DNA of 64,000 nt from Rhopilema esculentum (taxonomy: Eukaryota), in contig NW_027019299.1 in assembly GCF_013076305.1 (NCBI RefSeq), forward strand, positions 9,808,265-9,872,264, read 5' to 3'. A program made the translations under genes and the position numbers. Each line of letters opens with the position of its first letter. Within the stretch, counting starts at the first letter, position 1. A model generated the notes under the pieces. That model saw only the letters and a program-made list of their open reading frames with translations, did no database searches and was not told where the DNA came from. Shown in pieces: positions 12,464-23,447 of this stretch.

Positions 12464-14203
12464 ACACTAGGATGTGAGAGTTGCCCTAATATTTATTGGT
12501 ACAATTGCGTATATGTGTTGGTTTACCTTAACTAAGTATAGCACGTCTATATAAACGCATTCGGCATAAAAAACAGGACGATTCTAAGTTGCTACTCCGA
12601 GTTTCACTCTATATATATATGTTTTATCTACTATGTTTCTTTTATATATATATCTTTTATATACTTTTATGTTAAAACTACATGTTTTATCTCTACATCT
12701 TCTGAAGAGTATATATATAGTTGCCTGATATATATATGTATTATATTATTATTATATTATTATCATAATATTATCATATTATAAAATATGTATCTATTGG
12801 AAGTTTCAAAATATAAGAAAATTTTAGGGTGAAAATCGACTCTTTAATACTAAGAAGAATTATCTTTTTCACCTTATCAACAAATGTACAACTATTGTCC
12901 CTTACAGTTAGTTCTGACAACACTAGTTCCAGTGCCAAACATTACATACTCCAGGTTACTCATTTTTGCTTTATGCGTCTGTCAATTATTCTAGGCCAAA
13001 TAATATTGATTTCTTCTCGTCTAATTTTCCAGAATTGGATTTATTTTTTACGATTATTTTCCCAGGTGGAAACTTCGTTAATGATTAATTTCGTAAAATA
13101 TTCTTTGCAATACCTTACATTCCTAGTTGATTAAAATCTTGATGTTCAATTACTGTGTATGGTGTAAGGAACTCTGTTCTGTAAGACCACGGTTTCAGTA
13201 TTTAATCCCCATTGAAACGTTATACATATGATATATGTTTAAAGGAAAGCATGTATGCATTAATTCCTTTATCGAATTGCCTCTATACTATGCTCTGTAC
13301 TTTTTAGCCAATACCTTTAAGATAGCAAGACCATACAGTATATGCATCAAATGAAGTATGCATCATTTACGAAAAAGGACTTTGCTGTGTTAAACATTCC
13401 ATTTTCCTACATTTTCTTTGATCGGGAATCATTTTGAATCTTTTTCAGACAACCAGAAATTTGTTTACGCATTGTCATAGTCGCATTTGTTTACGTGATA
13501 GTCGCAATGAGTACTTCTTTCCATTATCCAACTCAATTGAACAAGAATTGAATACATAAATGTCAAAAAATATAAAAAACAGTATTTTCGAGCATTTTCT
13601 CAAAGCTGAGGTTGTTTAGACTCGGTTTGGCAGATATGCAGCGCTTGAATAGCGTAGGCTAAGCTTGAAGGGTCAAGGGGCTTTGCCCTTCAACGGCTGG
13701 AACAGTCCTATTTCACGTAGGAGAAATTTTTATGTCTGCACACAGGCTACAAAAGACAAAAGTACCTTATAGCACAGAATAGAAATGTACCTTATAGCAT
13801 TTCTATTCTGTGCTTATAGTGATAGGTAACAAGCAATGTAATTAGGTTATATGATTAAAACTTTTCTCTGCAGCTTACAAAAGATGAAGTATTCAAGTAT
13901 TCAACTCTTTGAGAACTAGAAAGATGATACCTTGCGCATTCAGAGTTGAAGGTTCATCTTCTGTCCTCGATACAGCTGTCCTTTGTCCTCTACCCATCTT
14001 TTGTCCTTTGATAAATGTCTTTTGTCTTCTATCCATATTTTGTCCTTTGGTAGGCATTCATGTTATGTGTTACTAAAAATCTGTTGTTTTCAGGCGTGTT
14101 CTACTTATTCTGGTAAAGTAGCACAAATGCAGAAATTTTCCGACCAATTGTGTGCTTTAGGCAGCCCCCAGGTCATGAGGTTTCCAGACTAATACCCCCA
14201 TAC

Positions 14204-14210
14204 TATAAAA
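14204..14210 (+). promoter_or_regulatory. TATA box (TATAAAA) of SLC46-like paralog 2
   Basis: ~95 bp upstream of the initiator ATG at 14305 in exon 1. Confidence 0.4.
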
Positions 14211-14304
14211 TCACTGAATTGCTCCCTGTGCAGTTTTTTACCGAGCTTCGTCTTCAAGCTTCTTCCTGCCTGGGATGCAGGTACCCTCAGAGTTTGATAA
14301 AGTC

Positions 14305-14307
14305 ATG
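14305..14307 (+). CDS. SLC46-like paralog 2, first coding exon contributes only the initiator ATG
   Basis: gataaagtcATG|gtgagtagg has a Kozak-like context and a strong donor. The same context gataaagccATG|gtaagtagg is present in paralog 3. Phase 0 joins to exon 2 at 16546. Confidence 0.55.
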
Positions 14308-16545
14308 GTGAGTAGGTCTATGTTTTTGTATAAGTAACCAGTTAAATGTGCTCATATGAAATGCATTCGACTTCTGACTAAAAACTGTCTTAAGACAATT
14401 CATGAACAATTTGTTTTGATTTCTGCATGTGGAGGTTAACGATGGCAGACACAATCTGGACCGAAGCAATTGTTCTTCAAAAATGGAGGCATCGATGGTT
14501 TTCAAAGATTTAGGCAAAGCTGACTTTTTGAAAATCCAACTGACATACCTAGTGGAAAACGAGAAATCACCTCACCGCCTTTCACTTAAAAAATCTTTGA
14601 CCTTTTCTATCATTTCTTTTTGTTATGATCAATACGAGGCTAGGCCCTTGCATACTTCTCTCAGCGGTTGATCCAAGAAAAAAATTGGGGTTGCTTGTCT
14701 GTTACTTTCAAAACCTTTGACCGAGGGTAAATTTTAACGATTCATCCAACGCCAGGGGGTGGGGCTCTGCTGCTAGTCTGTACTCCAGACCCCCAACATT
14801 CAGGGCCACAGACAATAAAGCAGCATCATCAAAATGTCTGCAAAAATTGCAGCTTGACGGGGTCAAGAGGAAGCTTTATTTACATCGCTGGCCCCTCCAG
14901 TTTAGGACCAATGGCACGGGCCCTGGAATTAGTTGGATTGTGTGTATTTCATTATTACTTTGAAAGTTATTTAAAATGAAATGTCTAAAAAATTATTTTA
15001 ATGTTCTTGGACAACAGCACACATGAAATCCCAAGTTTCCAAACAATGGTAATAAAATTCCATTGTGTTCTTTGAAACAATAGTTCTTCCCACATGCATT
15101 GAATGGTTGCGTTGCTTGTCTCAGGAAAATGGAATAAAACAGCAAAGATGCAAATGCAATTACCAATTCTCATGTGCTTTCATAGCTCTGTCCTGAGTTT
15201 TTACTATGTGTCCATCGGCTAATTCAGTAAACATTATGTTTTTTTTCTTACCTACATTGTATCCTATCTTGCAATTTACATTTATTATTGACGCAATCAG
15301 CTTGATATGCTGAAAATAATTTTCAAACTTGAGTTTGAGTTTGAGCGATCTTCATTGGTTGTCTATAATTTTTAGCCTGCCTACCCGCTGGCTAAAGCTG
15401 TTTTTATTTTTAGGCAATATTCATTTCTGTCTTATATCCTCACTTTGGACTGGATTCTTGCATGTGGAAAACGTGGAAAAAGCGTTTTATTGAACAATTT
15501 TTGCAGACATTTTGCTGATGCTGCTTTATTGTGGAATTTGGTTCAATGTCATGTTTTATCTAAAGAATACTCTAGACAAATAAGTTGAGCTGACTTTAAC
15601 ATTTTATTTAGCGAAAAAGTGGGGAGGCCATAGCCCCTGGCCTCCTATGATGCGGGCACTGAATTCTATTTAGTGTACTTTTCATCCGACACGTTTCAGA
15701 TGATGATAGTTTATAGCCAGGTTTAATTTGAACTGAATGGAAGCATGGCACCCACGTTTATCTGGCTATGAACGACCTTAACAAGACTTAGGTGTAGTCT
15801 TTGGTGCTACTGTACTGATTTACCGAAACAAATAATCAAATTTCTATATCAGCGAGTTTTCTTAGTTGCAATTGATCAGTTATACTAATAGCCTATGGAG
15901 AGCGCGACCTACCATGCTAATCATGCTCCCATTGGCATCGTCTTTGTAATCTTGTTCTTGTAAAATGCAGAGTCCAGGAAAGTTGTCAACCTTCCTCCGG
16001 CCAAGAAAATCTTACTATAAAACCTTATTTTTAATGGGTTTAAAATGGGCGTTGTCAGAAAACATGGGACTCAGCTGGTCTTGATCTCCTTTTTTGAAAC
16101 TCTCTTTTTTAAACTTTTCCAAAAATTTGTAACTGGTTTTCAATTCTAAATGTTTTTAGAGACAGATGTAAAGTAAAATATATATATCGATTGCTAAAAA
16201 AAGCGTGCCATAATTCAAATAAATAAATTATAAAAAGTTAGTATCGTTTTGCGAAAATATTCATATAAAAAATGCAGGAGGATTTCGATTGGCGCTCATT
16301 TTTTATTGCTTTATTTTGAAAAACAAAGAATGTAGAATTTAGCAACTTCCACAAGTATTCAAATTTTTGGTCACCTTCTTCAATTTCTCTTTGTTTCTAC
16401 AACCTTCCTCTGGCCAGTGACCGCGGGACCGAGATGTTGTCCCGACTCTGGTAAAATGTACTTTTTGAGACTGAGTGCAAAAAACATTTATCTTGTCTCT
16501 TATTTAGAAAATTGGCAGTTCAAATGCACCTTTTGAAATTTACAG

Positions 16546-16791
16546 GATGAAGCAGAAACTGAGCCAAAAACTAACGAAGGAATCAAAGGTATTCTCAAAG
16601 CTGTATTTACAGCCCCTGAATTGCCATTTTTCATGTATGTGTTTGGTATGATGCTCCATATGCCACTTCTGCAGCAATATGCTTACATGAGGTTCAGTCA
16701 GGAAGAGAACTTTCCATACCACTATTCTGCAGCACACAGCACCTGTGGGAATCATCAACTAAACAAAACAATGAAGGCTTTGCAAGAAAAG
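16546..16791 (+). CDS. SLC46-like paralog 2, exon 2
   Basis: Acceptor atttacAG|GATGAAG, donor AAAAG|gtattg. DEAETEPKTNEGIKGILKAVFTAPELPFFMYVFGMMLHMPLLQQYAYMRFSQEENFPYHYSAAHSTCGNHQLNKTMKALQEK. Confidence 0.85.
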
Positions 16792-17744
16792 GTATTGTAT
16801 TACAGTATGTAATGATATGAACAAGAAGGGGTTTCTAAAAATATTTCAAAAACCAATAGCACAATTTGGTATTAGTAATCTTATGATATAAGTAAGGGGG
16901 ATTAATTTGGTTTTGAAATGTAAGCAGGCAATCTACAGTTTCTTTTATTTCGTTTTTATGCTTTAACATAGCACTCTAAGACCAACAATACGGCAATGCC
17001 TAAAAGACATTCTGAAGTCTTCTCTCAGGATTGATTCCAGGGGCGATGTGGACGTTGAATTTTTTAAGGGGGGGGGGGGGTGGAGGGATTTCCTGAATTG
17101 CAGATATTGGGATCACACCTTCCACTAAGAGTCTGACTAATATAGCACGAAAATTCTGTCTCTTGCGTTTAACTACACAAACAGAGCACAAGATTTCAAA
17201 TGTTGCCCATGCCTAAAAGTAATTTTGATTTTGCTAGATTTTTTCAATGCTCCTTGGTTATCAACAATTTGTTATAGAAAGCTTTGGTTAAAGTTAGACT
17301 TGGGTTTTGATACAATGACATGTAGGTAGGTATGTATGCAAATTCCACCTTTATTGGTTTCTCATTACCGAGGTGTGTCTGCGCTTGAAATGCTTTCAGT
17401 TCATTTAAGCTAAAATAAAATGTGCCACAAAACATTTAAGTTGATTCTCCAGATATGCGTTGGCTCTCATAAAAGTAGAAGTCTCAATTTAATTCAAGGC
17501 TGCATAAATGTAAAGTGTTCTGAATGTCCACAAATTCAGAAGTTTTGCAACTTTTAAGCTGGGAATTATTTAACCTATAACATTGAAATTTCAGGTATTT
17601 GCTTTTTTTAGCCAGGTAGTTCTAAAGAGAATCAGTTAACAAGCTTGGTTTACTAGATATAGAGTACCCCTACAGACATATTCGATTTGTACATTGGACA
17701 CCCTAATTGTTGATAAAACGAGCAAGAGGAAGTTTTGTATGCGT

Positions 17745-17840
17745 GAGGCAACGCTCCGCCCTGGAGTCAAAGAGCATGCGCATGACACGAAGTTATTATT
17801 AAGCATGCTCTGTGACTCCAGGACGGAGGGTTGCTTCATT
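17745..17840. repeat. LINE-tail-derived short repeat forming a near-perfect 32-bp-stem hairpin (intron 2 of paralog 2)
   Basis: GCAACGCTCCGCCCTGGAGTCAAAGAGCATGC ... GCATGCTCTGTGACTCCAGGACGGAGGGTTGC form an inverted repeat with a ~20-nt loop. The left arm is ~90% identical to 3565-3600, which abuts the LINE RT C-terminus on the opposite strand. Confidence 0.7.
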
Positions 17841-18112
17841 CAATTGAAGACTTTCGCTCGCTCGTCTCCCCAACAACTACCTTCTTTCCTTGTCCGGCAA
17901 TTCTCCATATTAGTGACCAGTGAACAAAATTTGCATATCGAAATTACCGAAATATCAAATGATAAGTTAATGTTAACCCATAATTTTCTGTTTCTATGTT
18001 TGCTAGGTAGTTCGAAAAATTGGGCCTAGATCATAAAACGTTGATACTTTATTAATTTGATCTTTTATTCGCACTACTCTATATTTAAACCATCTTTAAT
18101 TCTTCTTGATAG

Positions 18113-18425
18113 GTGCAAGCAAAAAGTGCTTACTTCCAGATAGGCCTAACTTTGTGCAATACTATTCCATCCTTGATCGTTTGCCTATACCTTGGAGCTT
18201 GGTCAGACAATGTTGGTAGAAAGCCTGTGATAATTCTTGCAACACTTTGTAGTTTTGTAGAGACAATTTTTGTTTTACTGACAATTATGTTTGATCTTCC
18301 GATCCTGGTGGTATACATTGGGTCTTTTCTAAATGGCATGGGAGGATATTACACAAGCCTCACCTTTGCGGTAATGGCCTACATTGCTGACTCAACTCCA
18401 GCAGATAAAAGAGCCTTGAGACTAG
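18113..18425 (+). CDS. SLC46-like paralog 2, exon 3
   Basis: Acceptor cttgatAG|GTGCAAGC, donor CTAG|gtattt. VQAKSAYFQIGLTLCNTIPSLIVCLYLGAWSDNVGRKPVIILATLCSFVETIFVLLTIMFDLPILVVYIGSFLNGMGGYYTSLTFAVMAYIADSTPADKRALRL. Confidence 0.85.
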
Positions 18426-18682
18426 GTATTTGTTCTTTTCATTAAATATTCTATAGAATGCTTAATACTAAATTTCTCAGTACATTTGTTTTACGATTTT
18501 AGTTGCACAGTCAATTGTTAGCATTATCAAAGTTTTCGATGATAAAGTTTTGTTAAAGTAAGATCAGTCATATCGATGACTGACGAGCTCATCATTTTTT
18601 ATCGATCTTTGGCTTCAAAATGAGCACAATGGGGTTCTAACCGACGTGTCCCATTATTGAGTGTGGTCATAGTTGATATTTA

Positions 18683-19400
18683 GGCCCCGTTCACACGGGA
18701 ACGCAATCGTTCCGTTCCGTTCTTCTCCTTTCCGAAAAGCGTAACGCTCAGGGGTTGTGTTCACACGGGAACACTTCAAATGACATCGTTCCGTTCCAAA
18801 AAGTGGAACGATAAAATAAGTGATACGAAAAGTGGAACGGTACGCAATCGTTCCGTTCTGTTTCCGTGTGAACGCGCAGAGCTGGTCCAGAAATTGGAAC
18901 GATGAGAGTTTTGCCTTTGGCGCATGCGTCTGTGTTGTTGTTCTGGGAAGCAAAAGGTGACAATAATAACTCAGCGCAGAAAATGGAAGATTTCAAAAAC
19001 ACCATTGGCTGAATCTCGCCGTTAGTCCATTTAAAAGATTCAACACCATTCTGCAGACCTTGAAATTCCTTCCTTTTAGGGTTGGCTTCCATTTGCCCAC
19101 GAGCTTGCTTATTTTGGGGCGACTTTGTATTCTTCATTTATTCAAATTGTTTGAAAAATTAGAGATAGCTCAGAGATAAATCGAAATGATGAAATCTATC
19201 TCCATTATGGACATGCGCATTAAAAATCATTTGCTTATTTTGGCGCGCAAATTGCAGAACGGGACGATTGCGTTCTCGTCTGAACATAAACAAAAATCGA
19301 TAGGCAATCGTTCCGTTACCGTGTGAACAGTATACTTTTCCGTTACAGAAACTGGAACAAAAATGGAACGGAACGATTGCGTTCCCGTGTGAACGGGGCC
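18683..19400. mobile_element. MITE-like non-autonomous DNA transposon (718 bp) with perfect 36-bp terminal inverted repeats, in intron 3 of paralog 2
   Basis: Left end GGCCCCGTTCACACGGGAACGCAATCGTTCCGTTCC (18683-18718) is the exact reverse complement of the right end 19365-19400. Internal subterminal repeats cgttccgttcc/ggaacgg. No transposase ORF. Confidence 0.8.
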
Positions 19401-20423
19401 TCAGTGTGGTCTAGAGGCAGTGTCACTATAAGTTTTGAAATCCTATCTATAGAATACCTAAGCTCAATCGAATATTTTGAAAAAGGGCCATCCCCTTACC
19501 GAATCACACAACATGTTGCACTAAAACACAGCAAATTGCTGGACCTTGCGTCGAAACGTTTAATTATTGTCAAATGAAGAATTACTGTATATTTGTAAAC
19601 TTGCAAGGGCAAGTTTTTTCTCCGGCTGCGATAAGATTAAATAATCATGAACACGATTAGCTATTGTGTTTTTGATTAAGATAATGCAACAACATGACTA
19701 CAAAAAATCAGCCAGCTTTCCATTCGCAATCATCCACAACAACATCCTTTCTTGAAATGCAGTACTGATTGTTGCATGAAATATAGAGAGCGAGAAATTT
19801 AATTTTGCAGTCAGAGCATGAGGTACGGTCAATAACATAATTTAGTTGAAAAGAAAATGCAAAGATATGTTTTAAAATGTGCTTGCTGCACGGAACTGGT
19901 CTAAGCCCTATTCAGTTAAAAAAGCTACTTTGCTCTTTTGAAGGGTTGAGATCAAAGACAAGCAATGTGCTGTGGCTAAAGGATCCTGCTTAGGTCCATT
20001 GCTTTTTGTATGGTTATATTTGGTTACGCTTATCGACCGCTAGAAATATAGTGACATAGTCACAAAGTCTATTTTTTTTAATCTTAAAATCACAAAGCCT
20101 GAAAAAACACAATGAAATACGTCTAAATGAGTGAAGTTATTTAGATCTATTAGAATTTCGCCTATGATGTGGCATAACAAATATTTCCTTTCCTCCACCA
20201 AACCACAGTAAAATGGCTCTGGTGATAAAACTTTTGAACCATACCAAAATAAAAACAATCCATTAGAAAAATTCTAATCTTTCATTGATTTAATTGATTC
20301 TGCACATTTTGAGGTCTTCATTTTTTGCTCATGTGGTCAAAATTGCGCTATTTTATTTCAAAAAGGCTCGGGGATTGCCTTTTTCACCAGTTATATTATA
20401 ATCTGCGTTGATTGCTTTTCTAG

Positions 20424-20620
20424 GTATCATGGAAGCCTTGGTTTTCATAGGAGCAACAGCTAGTTATTTTGCTAGTGGACATTTTATCAGCCAATATTTC
20501 TTCAAAATTCCATCAGTTCTTCTTGTTGTTTGCCTCGGTGTGGCCTGTCTTCTTGCTATTTTTGCAATGCAAGAGTCAATTAAAAACAAAGCAGTTAGAA
20601 CAGCCGGCTGTTCCACCGTG
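20424..20620 (+). CDS. SLC46-like paralog 2, exon 4
   Basis: Acceptor ttttctAG|GTATCATGG, donor CCGTG|gtaagt. GIMEALVFIGATASYFASGHFISQYFFKIPSVLLVVCLGVACLLAIFAMQESIKNKAVRTAGCSTV. Confidence 0.85.
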
Positions 20621-21105
20621 GTAAGTTCCATTCAGTTATTTCTATTAAACAATTGGAATTTTATTTCCGTTTTTAACCGTAATAGGTTGATGTTTGGCTG
20701 CGTGACAATGTCCATTTCTGGGCTTGAATTTGTAGTGACTACTCCTTACCTCCTTTTTCTTATTTTTCCTTAACCACTTGTTTTTAACTTTGCACATTTT
20801 TGCAACAATTTTTATCTCCTCCTTAATACACAATTTCAGAACCAGGAGCAAAGCATGAAAATTTGGTCTATAAAGAATTCACACTCTAGTGCAGCAACTT
20901 TTCCTTTGCCTCCTTCGTCCCTGGGAGATTTTTCTTGTAGAGAAAGGGTTTTCACAATTAAGAATACCAATTGGAAAGAAACATATTAGATATACATGTA
21001 TTTCATGGAACGTATATTTTACACGTATACACCCTTATGTTTAGGCCAGAAGAAATAAAAAAGAGATGAAACATCAATCATGGGGCGTTTTTTCTTCTCT
21101 TTTAG

Positions 21106-21457
21106 GCGTGTTTGAAGTATCCGCTACAAGTATGGCACACCCTTTCGAAGCCAAGACCTGGAAAATGGAAGATCATTGTTTTTATGCCAGCAACTATTAT
21201 TTTGAACATGCTTTCGATTGGAATTAGCCCACTTTTAATGCTGTACACCATGAATTCACCGTTTTGCTTAAGCCCAATAGAAGTCGGATATTTCATCGGG
21301 ACACGTTTTTTTCTCATGGGTATTGGTACAGCACTTGGCATCAAATCTCTTGGCCTTTTAATGCAGCCTCACATTGTTTCATTGATTGGGATTATATCAT
21401 ACATTGCATATTATACCTTGCTGGCATTCGCACAAGACAAAAAAACTATATATATAG
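21106..21457 (+). CDS. SLC46-like paralog 2, exon 5
   Basis: Acceptor ctcttttAG|GCGTGT, donor ATAG|gtatga. ACLKYPLQVWHTLSKPRPGKWKIIVFMPATIILNMLSIGISPLLMLYTMNSPFCLSPIEVGYFIGTRFFLMGIGTALGIKSLGLLMQPHIVSLIGIISYIAYYTLLAFAQDKKTIYI. Confidence 0.85.
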
Positions 21458-21932
21458 GTATGATTTAAAACGATTTAAAAGTTTTTTGCAACTTTTATAG
21501 CAGAACAGTGCAGTTGTCTTTGCAAATTGCAAACTTCCAAAATAACACAGCACTGTAAGCACACTTTTACGTATGCTAAGTAAGCATTTTTAGATCGCCA
21601 CTAAGAGAATTCAGCAAAATTTATTGAGCAGTAGTAGTATATGATTATTTAGACTGGATAACACTGTACAATTTAAAAATTGGTATCAATACTGGTCCAG
21701 CAACCGTTCCCGTTCGCCATGGGACGAAGCAATTAAGGTAATAATCTTTTGTACAGATGTTTTGACTTTACAAAACCTCTTCTTTTACACCTAATGGGCA
21801 TGCCATCGAGGGCAGAGTTGATATTAATAGGGAGTATCTAAGATCTTTCACTCAAGATTCTATATGAAAGAACATTCTTTCGAAATAATTGTGCTTAGTT
21901 GATCATTTCTATCTAACGTTTTCTTCCAACAG

Positions 21933-22016
21933 CTTGTTTGGCTGGGGTACTTTCCGGAACAGCTGGTCCGATTTTTCGCAGTATCTTGTCGAGGACGGTT
22001 AGCCAAACTGAGCAAG
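21933..22016 (+). CDS. SLC46-like paralog 2, exon 6
   Basis: Acceptor ttccaacAG|CTTGT, donor GCAAG|gtacat. (A)CLAGVLSGTAGPIFRSILSRTVSQTEQ(G). Confidence 0.85.
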
Positions 22017-22116
22017 GTACATTGAACAATCATCTGGTTTTTATTTTTGCTCCTCATCATTATTATTTTGACGGCCTAAAATTGCATTTTTGGTCCTTAA
22101 TGTAACAAAAACTCCC

Positions 22117-22175
22117 ATCATTATCATCATCATCATTGTCTTTTTCATCATCATCGTCAGTCTTATCCAAGCGTC
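22117..22175. repeat. (ATC/ATT)n-type trinucleotide low-complexity tract in intron 6 of paralog 2
   Basis: catcattatcatcatcatcattgtctttttcatcatcatcgtcagtc. It explains ORF 22090-22416 (IIIIIIVFFIIIV). Confidence 0.8.
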
Positions 22176-22641
22176 GATCATCATAATGTCGCCCCTTGCT
22201 ATTTGTGACAATATATATCATGGGCTTCGACACAGGCTGGAACGTGGGGGGGTGGGAGGTGGGTCAAAGAAAAATTTAACACCATTAGTAAAAGATTTTA
22301 AGAAAAGCTCCTTTGTTTGCTGGCCTTCTAGGCCCCTTTTTTGTCGAAAGCCTTGTATGAATTTAGGTGGAGTGACTTGTGGTGTTGCACCAATGTCGAA
22401 CCGTTGCCTTCTGTGATGAGGGAATTTAGCCTTATGGCCTGATTTGATGTCTTATGAGTACAAATGACAATGTCTTATGGGGAAACTATTTTTTAACACA
22501 AAACCTCCTTTTTGGTATTTCCCAAGTAAGGTATTAAATAAAGTTTTAAGCATGTATCAGTATTAATGTCAATAACATTCAGCATTGGCAATTATAAAAT
22601 AGCATCGTTTGTTTTGATTTTACAAAAACTTTCCTCTATAG

Positions 22642-22801
22642 GTGCTCTGTTTTCAGCCGTCTCTTCTTTGGAGATGCTATTCGTTTTTCTTGGTAACTTT
22701 GCATTCGGCGCTGTTTATCCTGTTCTCAATAACCTTGGGCATCCTGGAGCCATTTTCATTTTGTTTGATTGTCTTTTGCTATTACCATTCCTCTTGAATT
22801 T
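22642..22801 (+). CDS. SLC46-like paralog 2, exon 7
   Basis: Acceptor tctatAG|GTGCTC, donor AATTT|gtaagt. GALFSAVSSLEMLFVFLGNFAFGAVYPVLNNLGHPGAIFILFDCLLLLPFLLN. Confidence 0.8.
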
Positions 22802-23317
22802 GTAAGTATATTATTGGTCAGTTTTAGCCTCTCGGCTACTTAAGACATCTTTGTCTACGAAGTTATAGTGCAAATGAAGTTTGAAGACATTGAGAACTTT
22901 GGGACAAGTACGCCGGACGACAGGGGCGCACGAAGGGGGCTGCCCCATTGCCCTTCGACAAATATAGCAGTTTTCTTTAATTTCATCATGCGCCCCCATA
23001 CGGAAAAAATTTACTTCATGTTCTTGATTATAATGAAAAATGAACAATTTCAATAGTGTTGCAAAGAGAATGAAGCCCCTTCTTCCGTGTAGGCCTCTTA
23101 GCGATGGATCACTGGCATGTTTTCTTCATGTCTGTAAATTTTCTGTTCAAATTTTTCTTTATCTTATCCAATATCAAAATTGTTCCTAATTTATTAGTAC
23201 ATAGTAAACAGAACTTACTGTAGAATTAAATTTCTTACGCTTTGTAATAAGTTATTTCTTCTTTCTTCATCTTATTTCGTGTATATGAAACCTGTTCATA
23301 ATTACTATTTATCCAAG

Positions 23318-23447
23318 GATATATATAAAAAGAAGAAAGAATGATGAAAGCCAAGAAGACCTTGAAGAGATTTTTAAAGTGAAAGAGGTTGCCGGTTACT
23401 ATGGCACTGGCGGCTCAAGTCCTCCGCAGTCTCCTAAAGACCGTTAA
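23318..23447 (+). CDS. SLC46-like paralog 2, exon 8 (C-terminal tail, stop TAA)
   Basis: Acceptor atccaAG|GATAT. LIYIKRRKNDESQEDLEEIFKVKEVAGYYGTGGSSPPQSPKDR*. Total CDS 1485 nt, 494 aa. Confidence 0.75.

Noticed and set aside
18686-19400. Target-site duplication for the MITE (candidates TTA / TCA)
   Set aside because: The flanks do not form a clean direct repeat, so no superfamily assignment was made.
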